Below, one piece after another: positions 18,915-26,377 of a DNA stretch of 26,377 bases. The notes under the pieces were generated by a model that saw only the letters and a list, made by a program, of their open reading frames with translations, ran no database searches and was not told the origin of the DNA. Origin of the DNA: Phocaeicola vulgatus (GTDB taxonomy: Bacteria; Bacillota_I; Bacilli_A; RF39; UBA660); assembly GCA_963645165.1 (NCBI GenBank), contig CAVIQT010000065.1, positions 1 to 26,377 on the forward strand. The letters run 5' to 3'. The position numbers and the translations under genes were made by a program. The stretch's first letter is position 1. The number at the start of each line of letters is the position of its first letter.

Positions 18915-19709
18915 ATGGATACAATTTTAAAAAATGATGCTTTAAATACTGTGATGAATTTTATTAAAAATAATATATGGATAATTGGTCTTCTTCTAGC
19001 AATTATAGTAGTTATTATATTAATTATTATATTCTCTAAGAAAAGACCAATTGAAATAGAATCTTCTAGTAGTGATAATGTTGGTGATTTAATGAATATA
19101 AATCCTTCTTTAGAAAATACTCCAAATATAGTAAATAATGATATAACTAATAATGAACCAGAACCAATTACTAATGAAAATATAGATATTACACCATCTA
19201 TAAATGAAGAAGTAACAGCTGCTCCTATAAATGAGCCCCTACCTATTGAGCCTTCTCCAGAACCAGAAGTAATAAAAGAAAATCCTTCTATTGAAAATAT
19301 AGAAGATACTCCAAACTTAAATATTGTAGATGATAATATTTTAAATAATAACTTAATGTCTAATGAAGAACCTACTCCAATAAAAGAAGAAACCCAAGAA
19401 GAATTAAATGCTTTTGATCTTCCTATGCCAGCTCAAAATACTGAAGTAGTAAGTAATCAATCCATCGAACCTAAAGAAGAAGTATTAACTGAAACTCTTG
19501 AAGAAGAACCATCGCCTAAAGTAGAAGTTCCTCAAAACTTTACAACTCCAGAAGTAACAAACTTAGAAGATACTCTAGAACTTCCCAAAATGGCCAATGC
19601 CGCTATTAATGAAAATATAACTGCCACTAAAAAATGCCCTAACTGTGGACATGATAACCCATATTCATATAAAGTATGTGTTAAATGTGGTACTATTTTA
19701 GAATTATAA
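18915..19709 (+). CDS. Membrane-anchored protein with acidic Pro/Asn-rich linker and C-terminal zinc ribbon (likely ATG 18915)
   Basis: TM IWIIGLLLAIIVVIILIIIF; low-complexity E/P/N linker; CPNCG..N......CVKCG. Confidence 0.75.
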   Translation: MDTILKNDALNTVMNFIKNNIWIIGLLLAIIVVIILIIIFSKKRPIEIESSSSDNVGDLMNINPSLENTPNIVNNDITNNEPEPITNENIDITPSINEEVTAAPINEPLPIEPSPEPEVIKENPSIENIEDTPNLNIVDDNILNNNLMSNEEPTPIKEETQEELNAFDLPMPAQNTEVVSNQSIEPKEEVLTETLEEEPSPKVEVPQNFTTPEVTNLEDTLELPKMANAAINENITATKKCPNCGHDNPYSYKVCVKCGTILEL

Positions 19710-19732
19710 CTATGCTTAAACATAGTTTTTTT
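19708..19732 (+). terminator. Intrinsic terminator
   Basis: AACTATG-CTTAAA-CATAGTT followed by a T run. Confidence 0.7.
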
Positions 19733-19801
19733 AAATATTATTTTAAATCCCAATTATTGACTAAAATTAAAATAAAGTATAATATTATGCTAGGTGGTAA
19801 C

Positions 19802-20338
19802 ATGATAAAAGTTTTTACTGAACCTATGTTTAGTGGTAAATCTGATGAATTATTAAAAGAATATGATCATAAATATCATAAAAGTAAAATACTTTTATTT
19901 AAACCCAAAATTGATACTAGGGACTATGGAGTAGTTAAAACTCGTAATGGTAAAGAAATATCTGCCATCTTAATTAAAGACATTAAAGATATTAAAAAAC
20001 ACTTAACCGATAAAATAACAACTATCTTTATTGATGAAGCAAACTTTCTAAAAGGTGATGTTAATATTTTAACTGAACTATCCATTCATGATGATTTAGA
20101 TATCTTCCTAGCCGGTTTAAATATGACTAGTGAGCAGCAACCCTTTGGTTTAATGCCTGAAATTCTTGCTATTGCGGATGAAATAGTGATAATGCACGCT
20201 TCATGTAATGATTGTAACCGTGATGCTTTTTATACCTATTATGATGGCAAAAAAACTGGTGATATTTTAGTCGGAAACGATAACTATCTAGCGCTATGTC
20301 CCAGATGTTTAAGGAAAAGATTAAATGAAAAAAGGTAA
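19802..20338 (+). CDS. tdk: Thymidine kinase (TK1 type)
   Basis: PMFSGKS, FKP.IDTR, IFIDEA.F, AGL......PFG, Zn motif C..C / Y.ALC..C; RBS AGGTGG before ATG 19802. Confidence 0.93.
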   Translation: MIKVFTEPMFSGKSDELLKEYDHKYHKSKILLFKPKIDTRDYGVVKTRNGKEISAILIKDIKDIKKHLTDKITTIFIDEANFLKGDVNILTELSIHDDLDIFLAGLNMTSEQQPFGLMPEILAIADEIVIMHASCNDCNRDAFYTYYDGKKTGDILVGNDNYLALCPRCLRKRLNEKR

Positions 20339-20975
20339 ATTAATAGTAATTGAAGGAACTAATTCCTCTGGTAAAGAAACTCAAAGTAATTTATTAGTAG
20401 CTAAACTAAAAAAAGAAGGTATTCCCGCTATAAAAATGCGTTTTCCTGATTATGAAAGCCCCACTGGAAAAATAATTGAAAAATGCATTTTAGGTAAAAA
20501 TTCTGAATCATTCTTTAAAGAAGGAGTAAGTGGTATTCCACCAAAAGTAGCAGCTTTATACTATGCTGCTGACCGCGCCTATAATATAGATAAAATAAAT
20601 AAATTACTAGAAGAAGGCACTAATATTATTTTAGATAGGTACGTTGAATCCAATATGGCATACCAAGCCGCTAAATTTGATGATTTAAAAGACCGCATTA
20701 ATATGCTTTTATGGATGGAACAATTAGAGTTTAATTTACTAGACTTACCTAGACCTGATAAAGTAATATGCTTATATTTACCATATGAATACCGAACTGA
20801 CCAATGTGATGATAATAAACACCTAAAAAATACCGAAAGTGTTTATGGCTTACTCGCCGAAAGATATAACTTTGCTATTATAAACTGCATTAAAGACGAT
20901 AAAATACGTTCCCGTAGTGAAATAAGTGAAGAAATATATCAAATAATTAAAGAATTTTTGTCACAAGAATGTTAA
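20325..20975 (+). CDS. tmk: Thymidylate kinase family protein
   Basis: GKLIVIEG...SGK.TQ, FP.Y.S.TG, YAADR, LDRY..SN.AYQ, LPRPD. Confidence 0.88.
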   Translation: MKKGKLIVIEGTNSSGKETQSNLLVAKLKKEGIPAIKMRFPDYESPTGKIIEKCILGKNSESFFKEGVSGIPPKVAALYYAADRAYNIDKINKLLEEGTNIILDRYVESNMAYQAAKFDDLKDRINMLLWMEQLEFNLLDLPRPDKVICLYLPYEYRTDQCDDNKHLKNTESVYGLLAERYNFAIINCIKDDKIRSRSEISEEIYQIIKEFLSQEC

Positions 20976-21033
20976 GTAATTACTAAAAAATACCTAAATA
21001 AATAAATATCCTGTATAATATACATATATTTTA

Positions 21034-21043
21034 ATTCGACAAA
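21034..21043 (-). promoter_or_regulatory. Spo0A box (0A box) upstream of cse60
   Basis: ATTCGACAAA is the reverse complement of TTTGTCGAAT, containing a perfect TGTCGAA core; intergenic. Confidence 0.55.
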
Positions 21044-21085
21044 TTTCCTAAATATTTAAATATATACTATAAAAAAGGAGGAAAT

Positions 21086-21268
21086 ATGTTAGTTAAAGTA
21101 TTTGATGAATCACACGAAAAAGATTTAGAAAGAAGTGTAAACTCATTTTTAATGACTGTAGATGACTTAATAGATATCAAATATAATGTTGCCATAACCG
21201 CTTGCGGAGAAGAACAAATCTACTGTTTTACAGCCATGATAATATATAGAAATGTAAGTGATGAGTAA
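21086..21268 (+). CDS. cse60: Sporulation protein Cse60 (DUF2758)
   Basis: 60 aa; VKVFDE.HEKDLE..VN.FL, IDIKY.V, EQIYCF.AMI.Y; RBS AAGGAGG. Confidence 0.85.
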   Translation: MLVKVFDESHEKDLERSVNSFLMTVDDLIDIKYNVAITACGEEQIYCFTAMIIYRNVSDE

Positions 21269-22924
21269 TTGAAAAAAAATAGTTTTATGGTAGGTACATT
21301 TATATCTACTGCATCTGTTATTTTTGTAAAAATTCTAGGAATGCTTTACGTTATTCCTTTTTATGATATAGTAGGATCTAAAGGAGGAGCCCTTTATAGT
21401 TATGCCTATAATGTTTATCTTATTTTTTTAGGAATATCCTCAGCTGGCGTGCCAAGTGCCATAAGTAAAATCATAAGTGAATATAATGCCCTAGGGTACT
21501 TAGAAGCTAAAACTAGAGTATTTACACTAGGTAAAAAGATTATTGGTTTTATATCAGTAATTATGTTTATTTTACTATTTGTTTTTGCTGAAGAATTTGC
21601 TACCTTAATAATAGGGGATTTAACTGGAGGTAATACCATTACTGATGTATGCTTTGTAATAAGATGTGTATCCTTTGCTGTTTTAGTAATACCCCATTTA
21701 AGTGTAACTAAAGGATACTTTCAAGGACATAAATACTTTACACCCTCATCAGTAAGTAATCTAATTGAACAAGTAGTAAGAATATTTGTTATATTATCAG
21801 GTTCTTTCCTAGCCTATAAAGTCTTTAGTTCTAGTTTAACCCTAGCAGTTGGTATCGCCGTTTCTGGTGCCTTCTTTGGTGGTTTAGTTGCCTATCTATA
21901 TTTAAAAAGAAACATGAATAAATACAAAAGTGACTTAAACTTAGATAAAGAATATCCCAAAGATAACGTAACAAATAAAGAAATAATAAAAAAAATAGCA
22001 ACCTATGCCATACCATTTATAATAATAAATATAGTAAATAACATCTATAGTTTTACTGATATGGTCTTAGTCTTAAGAACACTAAATAAATTAGGTTTTA
22101 GTGCTAGTGACGTTGAATTTATCACTAGTGTTATATCCACATGGAGTGGTAAAATTGCTATGGTGGTTAATTCCATTGCCATGGGTATGACAGTAACCCT
22201 AATACCAACCATCGTTGAATCATTTACAAAAAAAGACCATCAAAGTCTAAATAATAACTTAAATAAAGCCCTTCAAATAGTAACATATACCTCATTACCT
22301 CTTGCTATTGGGATTTCTATTTTATCAACCCCAATCTGGACTATGTTTTATAATACCAATGCTTATGGTGGAGCCATATTAAAAGTAATAATATTTAATG
22401 CCTTAATAGGTAATATCTCTATGATAGTAAGTGCTACCTTACAAAGTTGTAATCGCTTTAAAGCCGTATATCTAACTAACATAATTGGTTTACTAACTAA
22501 TGCCTTATTAGATGTACCCCTAATGCTTTTATGTCATAAAATAGGTATTGGTCCATACTATGGAGCCATTATATCATCTACTATTGGCTATATAATATCT
22601 ATTACTTTAGGTTTAAAACTAGTTGGTAATAATGAATTTAACTTAAACTATAAAGATACCTTTATATGGATAGGTAAATCCTTAATACCTGCTCTTATTA
22701 TGGTAATTGTTCTTTTACCTCTAAATAAAATAATGCCATTTAACGTTTACCAAAAAGTAGGAGCCTTACTAACAATTATCATAAACACTATTATAGGTGG
22801 TATTATATTTATCTATATAAGTTATAAACTAGGTATTCTAGATCATGTATTTGGTATAGATGCCATTAATAAACTATTAAAAAAACTCACCCATGGTAAG
22901 TTTCAACTAAAAGCAAAAAAATAA
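21269..22924 (+). CDS. MOP-superfamily flippase, MurJ(YtgP)/SpoVB-like (TTG start)
   Basis: F..GT.I......KILG.LYVIPF, G.LY.YAY..Y..FL.IS.AG.P.AISK, GYFQG, EQ.VR; many TM helices. Confidence 0.88.
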   Translation: MKKNSFMVGTFISTASVIFVKILGMLYVIPFYDIVGSKGGALYSYAYNVYLIFLGISSAGVPSAISKIISEYNALGYLEAKTRVFTLGKKIIGFISVIMFILLFVFAEEFATLIIGDLTGGNTITDVCFVIRCVSFAVLVIPHLSVTKGYFQGHKYFTPSSVSNLIEQVVRIFVILSGSFLAYKVFSSSLTLAVGIAVSGAFFGGLVAYLYLKRNMNKYKSDLNLDKEYPKDNVTNKEIIKKIATYAIPFIIINIVNNIYSFTDMVLVLRTLNKLGFSASDVEFITSVISTWSGKIAMVVNSIAMGMTVTLIPTIVESFTKKDHQSLNNNLNKALQIVTYTSLPLAIGISILSTPIWTMFYNTNAYGGAILKVIIFNALIGNISMIVSATLQSCNRFKAVYLTNIIGLLTNALLDVPLMLLCHKIGIGPYYGAIISSTIGYIISITLGLKLVGNNEFNLNYKDTFIWIGKSLIPALIMVIVLLPLNKIMPFNVYQKVGALLTIIINTIIGGIIFIYISYKLGILDHVFGIDAINKLLKKLTHGKFQLKAKK

Positions 22925-22925
22925 A

Positions 22926-23240
22926 TTAAACCATATACATATTAGTGTTATAATTTACCTCATCACTAGATGATTTGCTTCCTTCTTCAAGTCTAGTTAC
23001 ACGATGCTCTAATCTATTAATTTCTCTTTCAATCTTTGCCATTCTAGCATCAATATCACTATACATATTTTGATTCATATAAGAGTTATTATTTAAAGAA
23101 GAACCAGCATAAAACTGTGAATTAGCACTTACAGTCTGATTAGGCATTATACCCATTTGATTCATATTCATATTTGGTATATATCCTGAAGACTGATTAA
23201 AACCATATTCAGAAAAGAAAGAATTACGATCTTTTTTCAT
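22926..23240 (-). CDS. Small Asn/Met/Gln-rich protein with C-terminal coiled coil
   Basis: RBS GAGGTG 4 nt before ATG; heptads IDARMAKIEREINRLEHRVTRLE. Confidence 0.75.
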   Translation of the reverse strand: MKKDRNSFFSEYGFNQSSGYIPNMNMNQMGIMPNQTVSANSQFYAGSSLNNNSYMNQNMYSDIDARMAKIEREINRLEHRVTRLEEGSKSSSDEVNYNTNMYMV

Positions 23241-23255
23241 ATTTCACCTCTAACA

Positions 23256-23282
23256 TAATATATGTGAATATAGTAAAAAAGT
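23256..23282 (-). promoter_or_regulatory. Mother-cell sigma (sigmaK/sigmaE)-like promoter
   Basis: Minus strand AC-N16-CATATATTA immediately upstream of the RBS. Confidence 0.45.
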
Positions 23283-23298
23283 TTATAAAGGAGTAACA

Positions 23299-23889
23299 AT
23301 GAGATTAAGAAATGTAAAAAACGCTAAAGAAATAGTATTAAATCACCCTCTAATAATTAAAGAAAATATCTTTAATAACCATCAAAAACTACATATAGAA
23401 ATAGGCTGCGGTAAAGGCTCATTCATTATAGAAATGGCTAAAAGAAACCCCAATATTAATTTTATAGGTATTGAAAAATACGAATCAGTTTTAGTTAGAG
23501 CCTTAGAAAAACTAGAAGATATTCCTAGTAACTTAAGATTCATGTGTTTAGATGCTACTAACATAGATAAAATATTTAATAAAAATGTTGATACTATCTA
23601 CCTAAATTTTTCTGACCCTTGGCCTAAAACTAGACACGCTAAAAGAAGACTAACTAGTCCTATATTTTTAAATCTATATGATAAAATATCCAGTGGTAAA
23701 ACTCATATTATAATGAAAACTGATAACAAATCTTTATTTGCCTACTCCCTTGAAACCCTAAATAATGCTGGCTACTACTTTAACCATGTCTCCTTAGACT
23801 ATCCCTTAATTGAATCTATTCCTACTGAATATGAAATGAAATTTAGAAATAATGGAGAAACTATTAACTACTTAGATGCATGTAAATAA
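23299..23889 (+). CDS. trmB: tRNA (guanine-N7)-methyltransferase TrmB
   Basis: MRLRN, IEIGCGKG.F, NFIGIE, LNFSDPWPK.RHAKRRLT, KTDN, TEYE.KF. Confidence 0.97.
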   Translation: MRLRNVKNAKEIVLNHPLIIKENIFNNHQKLHIEIGCGKGSFIIEMAKRNPNINFIGIEKYESVLVRALEKLEDIPSNLRFMCLDATNIDKIFNKNVDTIYLNFSDPWPKTRHAKRRLTSPIFLNLYDKISSGKTHIIMKTDNKSLFAYSLETLNNAGYYFNHVSLDYPLIESIPTEYEMKFRNNGETINYLDACK

Positions 23890-23918
23890 TTTACAATCAA
23901 ATCTATAAATGTTATAAT
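23890..23918 (+). promoter_or_regulatory. sigmaA promoter
   Basis: TTTACA-N17-TATAAT with TG extension. Confidence 0.65.
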
Positions 23919-23934
23919 TACCCTAGGAGAAAAT

Positions 23935-24573
23935 ATGAAGAAAATAATATTATTAACCATTTTATTAATATCTCTAACTGGCTGTGTAAATATAAAAAAC
24001 ACTAGTATAGAAAATCTTATTAGTACTATTAAACAAAGTAAGATATCTTTAACTAATGAATATCGTAATGGATTTACTTACTATTTACCAGTCAATATGA
24101 ATGTTTTATCATCTGATAAATCTAATGAAGTATTAACTGATGGAAACTATAAATACTATCTCTATGCTGATATGATAAGTTTTTATAACAATATAAATTT
24201 TGACTATAAAGAAAATAACACTAGTTATAAAAGTTTAAATCTAAAAGATGATAATGCATCTGGATATTTAGAAATAAATCAAAAAAACGATAAATATCTA
24301 ATTGAAATAATGTATAATTATGCTAAAATAGAAGTGATGGTAGATAAAAATAAAATTAATGAAGCTATATCTAACTCATTAATAGTTATTAATTCTATCA
24401 AATTTAATAAAGATATCATTGAAAATATGCTTGGTAAAAGTGTTCTTAGTTTTAGTGAAGAAGAATTTAATATATTTGAAACTAACACTAGTACAAGTAA
24501 CTTTCTAGAAATAGAAAAAGAATATGGTACATATGAAGGCGATGATATCCCTGACTATGATTTAGTAAATTAA
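23935..24573 (+). CDS. Lipoprotein of unknown function
   Basis: MKK + hydrophobic stretch + LTGC lipobox. Confidence 0.8.
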   Translation: MKKIILLTILLISLTGCVNIKNTSIENLISTIKQSKISLTNEYRNGFTYYLPVNMNVLSSDKSNEVLTDGNYKYYLYADMISFYNNINFDYKENNTSYKSLNLKDDNASGYLEINQKNDKYLIEIMYNYAKIEVMVDKNKINEAISNSLIVINSIKFNKDIIENMLGKSVLSFSEEEFNIFETNTSTSNFLEIEKEYGTYEGDDIPDYDLVN

Positions 24574-24585
24574 GGAGAGATTTTA

Positions 24586-25404
24586 ATGGGAGTATTTAAA
24601 AAATTAAAAGACGTTTTATTTGATGTCGAAGATGATGAATTACCTGTTATTCAAAAAACACCAAAAAAAGAAGAAGTAAAAGAAGATAATCCTATTAAGG
24701 AAATAAAAATACCTAAAGAAGACTACACTACTCCAGAAGTAAAAGTACCACGGAAAGATAATTTTAATTTCCCACTTGACTTTGATGAGCAAGTGCCATC
24801 TAGAACTTCTAAAAAAGATTATTTATTTGATGATGATTTTACTGTTAAAAAAGTAAATAAAGAACCAGTTAGAGAATATAAAGAAACAAGAAGATATGAT
24901 GATACCTTACCTAAAAGAAAAGATGCTCCAGACTATTCTAAAATACTAACTAGAGAAACTAAAAAAGAAGCATTTAAACCATCACCAGTTATATCACCAG
25001 TTTATGGAATATTAGACCAAAACTATACTAAAGATGATGTTATTATTAAAACTGATGTTGGTATTAAAAATCCTTCTTTAGATGATGCATTAAATAAAGC
25101 CCATGGTATAAAGAAGAAAGAAGAAAAAATCTTCGATGAAAACTTTGAAGAACCACCATTAAAAACTTTAGATGAAATATTAATTGCTAAAGATAAAAAG
25201 GTAGAACCTAAAAAAGAAGAAGAACTACCAATAGTTAAAAAAGAAAGCGTAATAGTTTCTAAAACAGAAATTGAAGATATTAAACTAGAAGATGATAGTC
25301 TTCCAGATGAACCATATCCTGACGAAACAAAAGAAACAACTCTAGAAGATGATTTATTTGATTTAATAGATTCAATGTATGAAGAAAAAGAAGAGGAGGA
25401 ATAA
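24586..25404 (+). CDS. Acidic protein resembling the N-terminal region of DNA translocase SftA, without a motor domain
   Basis: N-terminal amphipathic MGVFKKLKDVLF, FNFP motif, FKPSPVISPVYG motif; upstream of ytxG/ytxH-like genes. Confidence 0.6.
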   Translation: MGVFKKLKDVLFDVEDDELPVIQKTPKKEEVKEDNPIKEIKIPKEDYTTPEVKVPRKDNFNFPLDFDEQVPSRTSKKDYLFDDDFTVKKVNKEPVREYKETRRYDDTLPKRKDAPDYSKILTRETKKEAFKPSPVISPVYGILDQNYTKDDVIIKTDVGIKNPSLDDALNKAHGIKKKEEKIFDENFEEPPLKTLDEILIAKDKKVEPKKEEELPIVKKESVIVSKTEIEDIKLEDDSLPDEPYPDETKETTLEDDLFDLIDSMYEEKEEEE

Positions 25405-25406
25405 AG

Positions 25407-25700
25407 ATGGAAGTTATGGCAGAATTATTACCAATAATAATTTATATTTTATTAATTATTTTACTAGTAATTGGCATTATTTTAGGAATAAAACTTATAA
25501 TAACAATAGATAAAGTTAATTATGTAGTAGATGACATTACAAAGAAAGTTGAGTCACTAGATGGATTTTTCAAAATAATTGATGTGGCAAATAACAAATT
25601 TAATTTAGTTACAACAAAAATAAGTGATTGGATTATGACCATTATAGGTAAAATCCCACTATTTAATAAAAAAGGAAAGGAAGAAGAAGATTATGAGTAA
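25407..25700 (+). CDS. YtxG/DUF948-like membrane protein
   Basis: N-terminal TM plus coiled coil; overlaps the ytxH-like start. Confidence 0.6.
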   Translation: MEVMAELLPIIIYILLIILLVIGIILGIKLIITIDKVNYVVDDITKKVESLDGFFKIIDVANNKFNLVTTKISDWIMTIIGKIPLFNKKGKEEEDYE

Positions 25701-26112
25701 AAAAGGTTGTGCATTAATTACAGGTTTAGCAGTTGGAGCAGGATTAGGAATTCTATTTGCTCCCAAGAAAGGATCTGAAACAAGAAAGGATATTTCTAAA
25801 AAATTAGATGAATTATGGGGAAAAGTAAAAGAGTTAGATTATGATGAAGTAAAAAGTACTCTTGAAGTTAAAATAAAAGAACTAAAAAAGGAATTAGCTG
25901 ACTTAGACAAAGAAAAAGTAGCAAGCATCGCTAAAGAAAAAGCAGTAGTAATAAAAGCTAAAGCTGATGAATTATATAATCTAGCTGTTGAAAAGAGTTC
26001 TCCCGTATTAGAAAAAGCTGCTAAAGAAGTAAAAGATAAAGCCGCTGAACTACTAAGTAGTACTGCTAAATCACTAGAAAAAACTAGTAAAAACCTAAAA
26101 AAATCAAATTAA
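25693..26112 (+). CDS. ytxH: YtxH domain protein
   Basis: G...GA..G.LFAPKKGSETR signature followed by a helical Lys/Glu-rich region. Confidence 0.88.
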   Translation: MSKKGCALITGLAVGAGLGILFAPKKGSETRKDISKKLDELWGKVKELDYDEVKSTLEVKIKELKKELADLDKEKVASIAKEKAVVIKAKADELYNLAVEKSSPVLEKAAKEVKDKAAELLSSTAKSLEKTSKNLKKSN

Positions 26113-26113
26113 T

Positions 26114-26144
26114 AAAAAGATTTATGATAAGTAAATCTTTTTTT
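26114..26144 (+). terminator. Intrinsic terminator after ytxH
   Basis: AAAAAGATTTA-N7-TAAATCTTTTT followed by Ts. Confidence 0.8.
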
Positions 26145-26221
26145 GTTATAACTAAAAAGTTGGTAAAATAAATCGAAAATTTTTGTGAATATAGTAGAAC
26201 TTTGAACCGCCACTTGTTAAC

Positions 26222-26249
26222 TTGACATGGGGGGGGCAATTAGTAAAAT
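26222..26249 (+). promoter_or_regulatory. sigmaA promoter with a G8 tract in the spacer
   Basis: TTGACA-TGGGGGGGGCAATTAG-TAAAAT (16-bp spacer). Confidence 0.7.
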
Positions 26250-26274
26250 TAAATAGAAAATATGGTGATTCAAG

Positions 26275-26377
26275 GTGAGAAATTTTCTATATAAGAGGAA
26301 AATAATATATATAATTTTAATAATAATTGGAGTTATTACTGTTACTGGTACAACCTATGCTATATTTACTACCACTA
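26275..26377 (+). CDS. Partial secreted/surface protein with SipW-type signal peptide (runs off the window)
   Basis: GGTGA RBS, then GTG start; translates (M)RNFLYKRKIIYIILIIIGVITVTGTTYAIFTTT, open to the window end. Confidence 0.6.
   Translation, partial: MRNFLYKRKIIYIILIIIGVITVTGTTYAIFTTT

Noticed and set aside
19685..19801. N-terminal extension of tdk in the ORF track
   Set aside because: It overlaps the previous gene and its terminator; the RBS and homology point to ATG 19802
23248..23275. dif-like half site (minus strand TTATGTTAGAG)
   Set aside because: Only the XerD-like arm matches and the XerC arm lacks ATAA; better explained as promoter plus RBS
23880..23896. Rex-like palindrome TGTAAA-TAA-TTTACA
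   Set aside because: Spacing and bases do not fit TTGTGAA-N4-TTCACAA; it overlaps the trmB stop and a -35 element
24624..24630. Second TGTCGAA 0A-box match
   Set aside because: Inside coding sequence (Asp-Val-Glu codons) and lacks the flanking consensus
1..26377. CRISPR array, tRNA/rRNA, prophage or defence genes
   Set aside because: No regularly spaced repeats, structured-RNA-sized GC-rich intergenic blocks or recognisable phage/defence motifs were seen

Overview
AT-rich chromosomal segment from a low-GC Firmicute. It reads in the standard code (Trp = TGG, TAA stops) and has Bacillus-like gene order, so it is probably an uncultured, genome-reduced Bacilli lineage such as RF39; that assignment is an inference. 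In order, the window holds a DUF1846 gene, tsaE-tsaB-rimI-tsaD, phosphoketolase, rimP(short)-nusA-ylxR-infB-rbfA-(GNAT-like)-truB and a GH73-like glucosaminidase. Next come an intact 2017-bp IS1634-family element flanked by a perfect 78-bp target duplication, a rubredoxin-fused [FeFe]-hydrogenase with a coupled unknown ORF, a GT2 glycosyltransferase and a zinc-ribbon membrane protein. The rest is tdk-tmk, cse60, a MurJ/SpoVB-family flippase, a small Asn/Met-rich ORF, trmB, a lipoprotein, an SftA-N-terminus-like protein, ytxG/ytxH-like genes and the start of a secreted protein. The best leads are a motor-less SftA-like protein, a G8 tract in the spacer of a promoter for a SipW-type secreted protein (possible phase variation), a self-neutralising long-TSD IS insertion, a variant [FeFe]-hydrogenase and sporulation-type regulatory signals. 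No CRISPR array, rRNA or tRNA was seen. Family calls come from motif recognition, not database searches.
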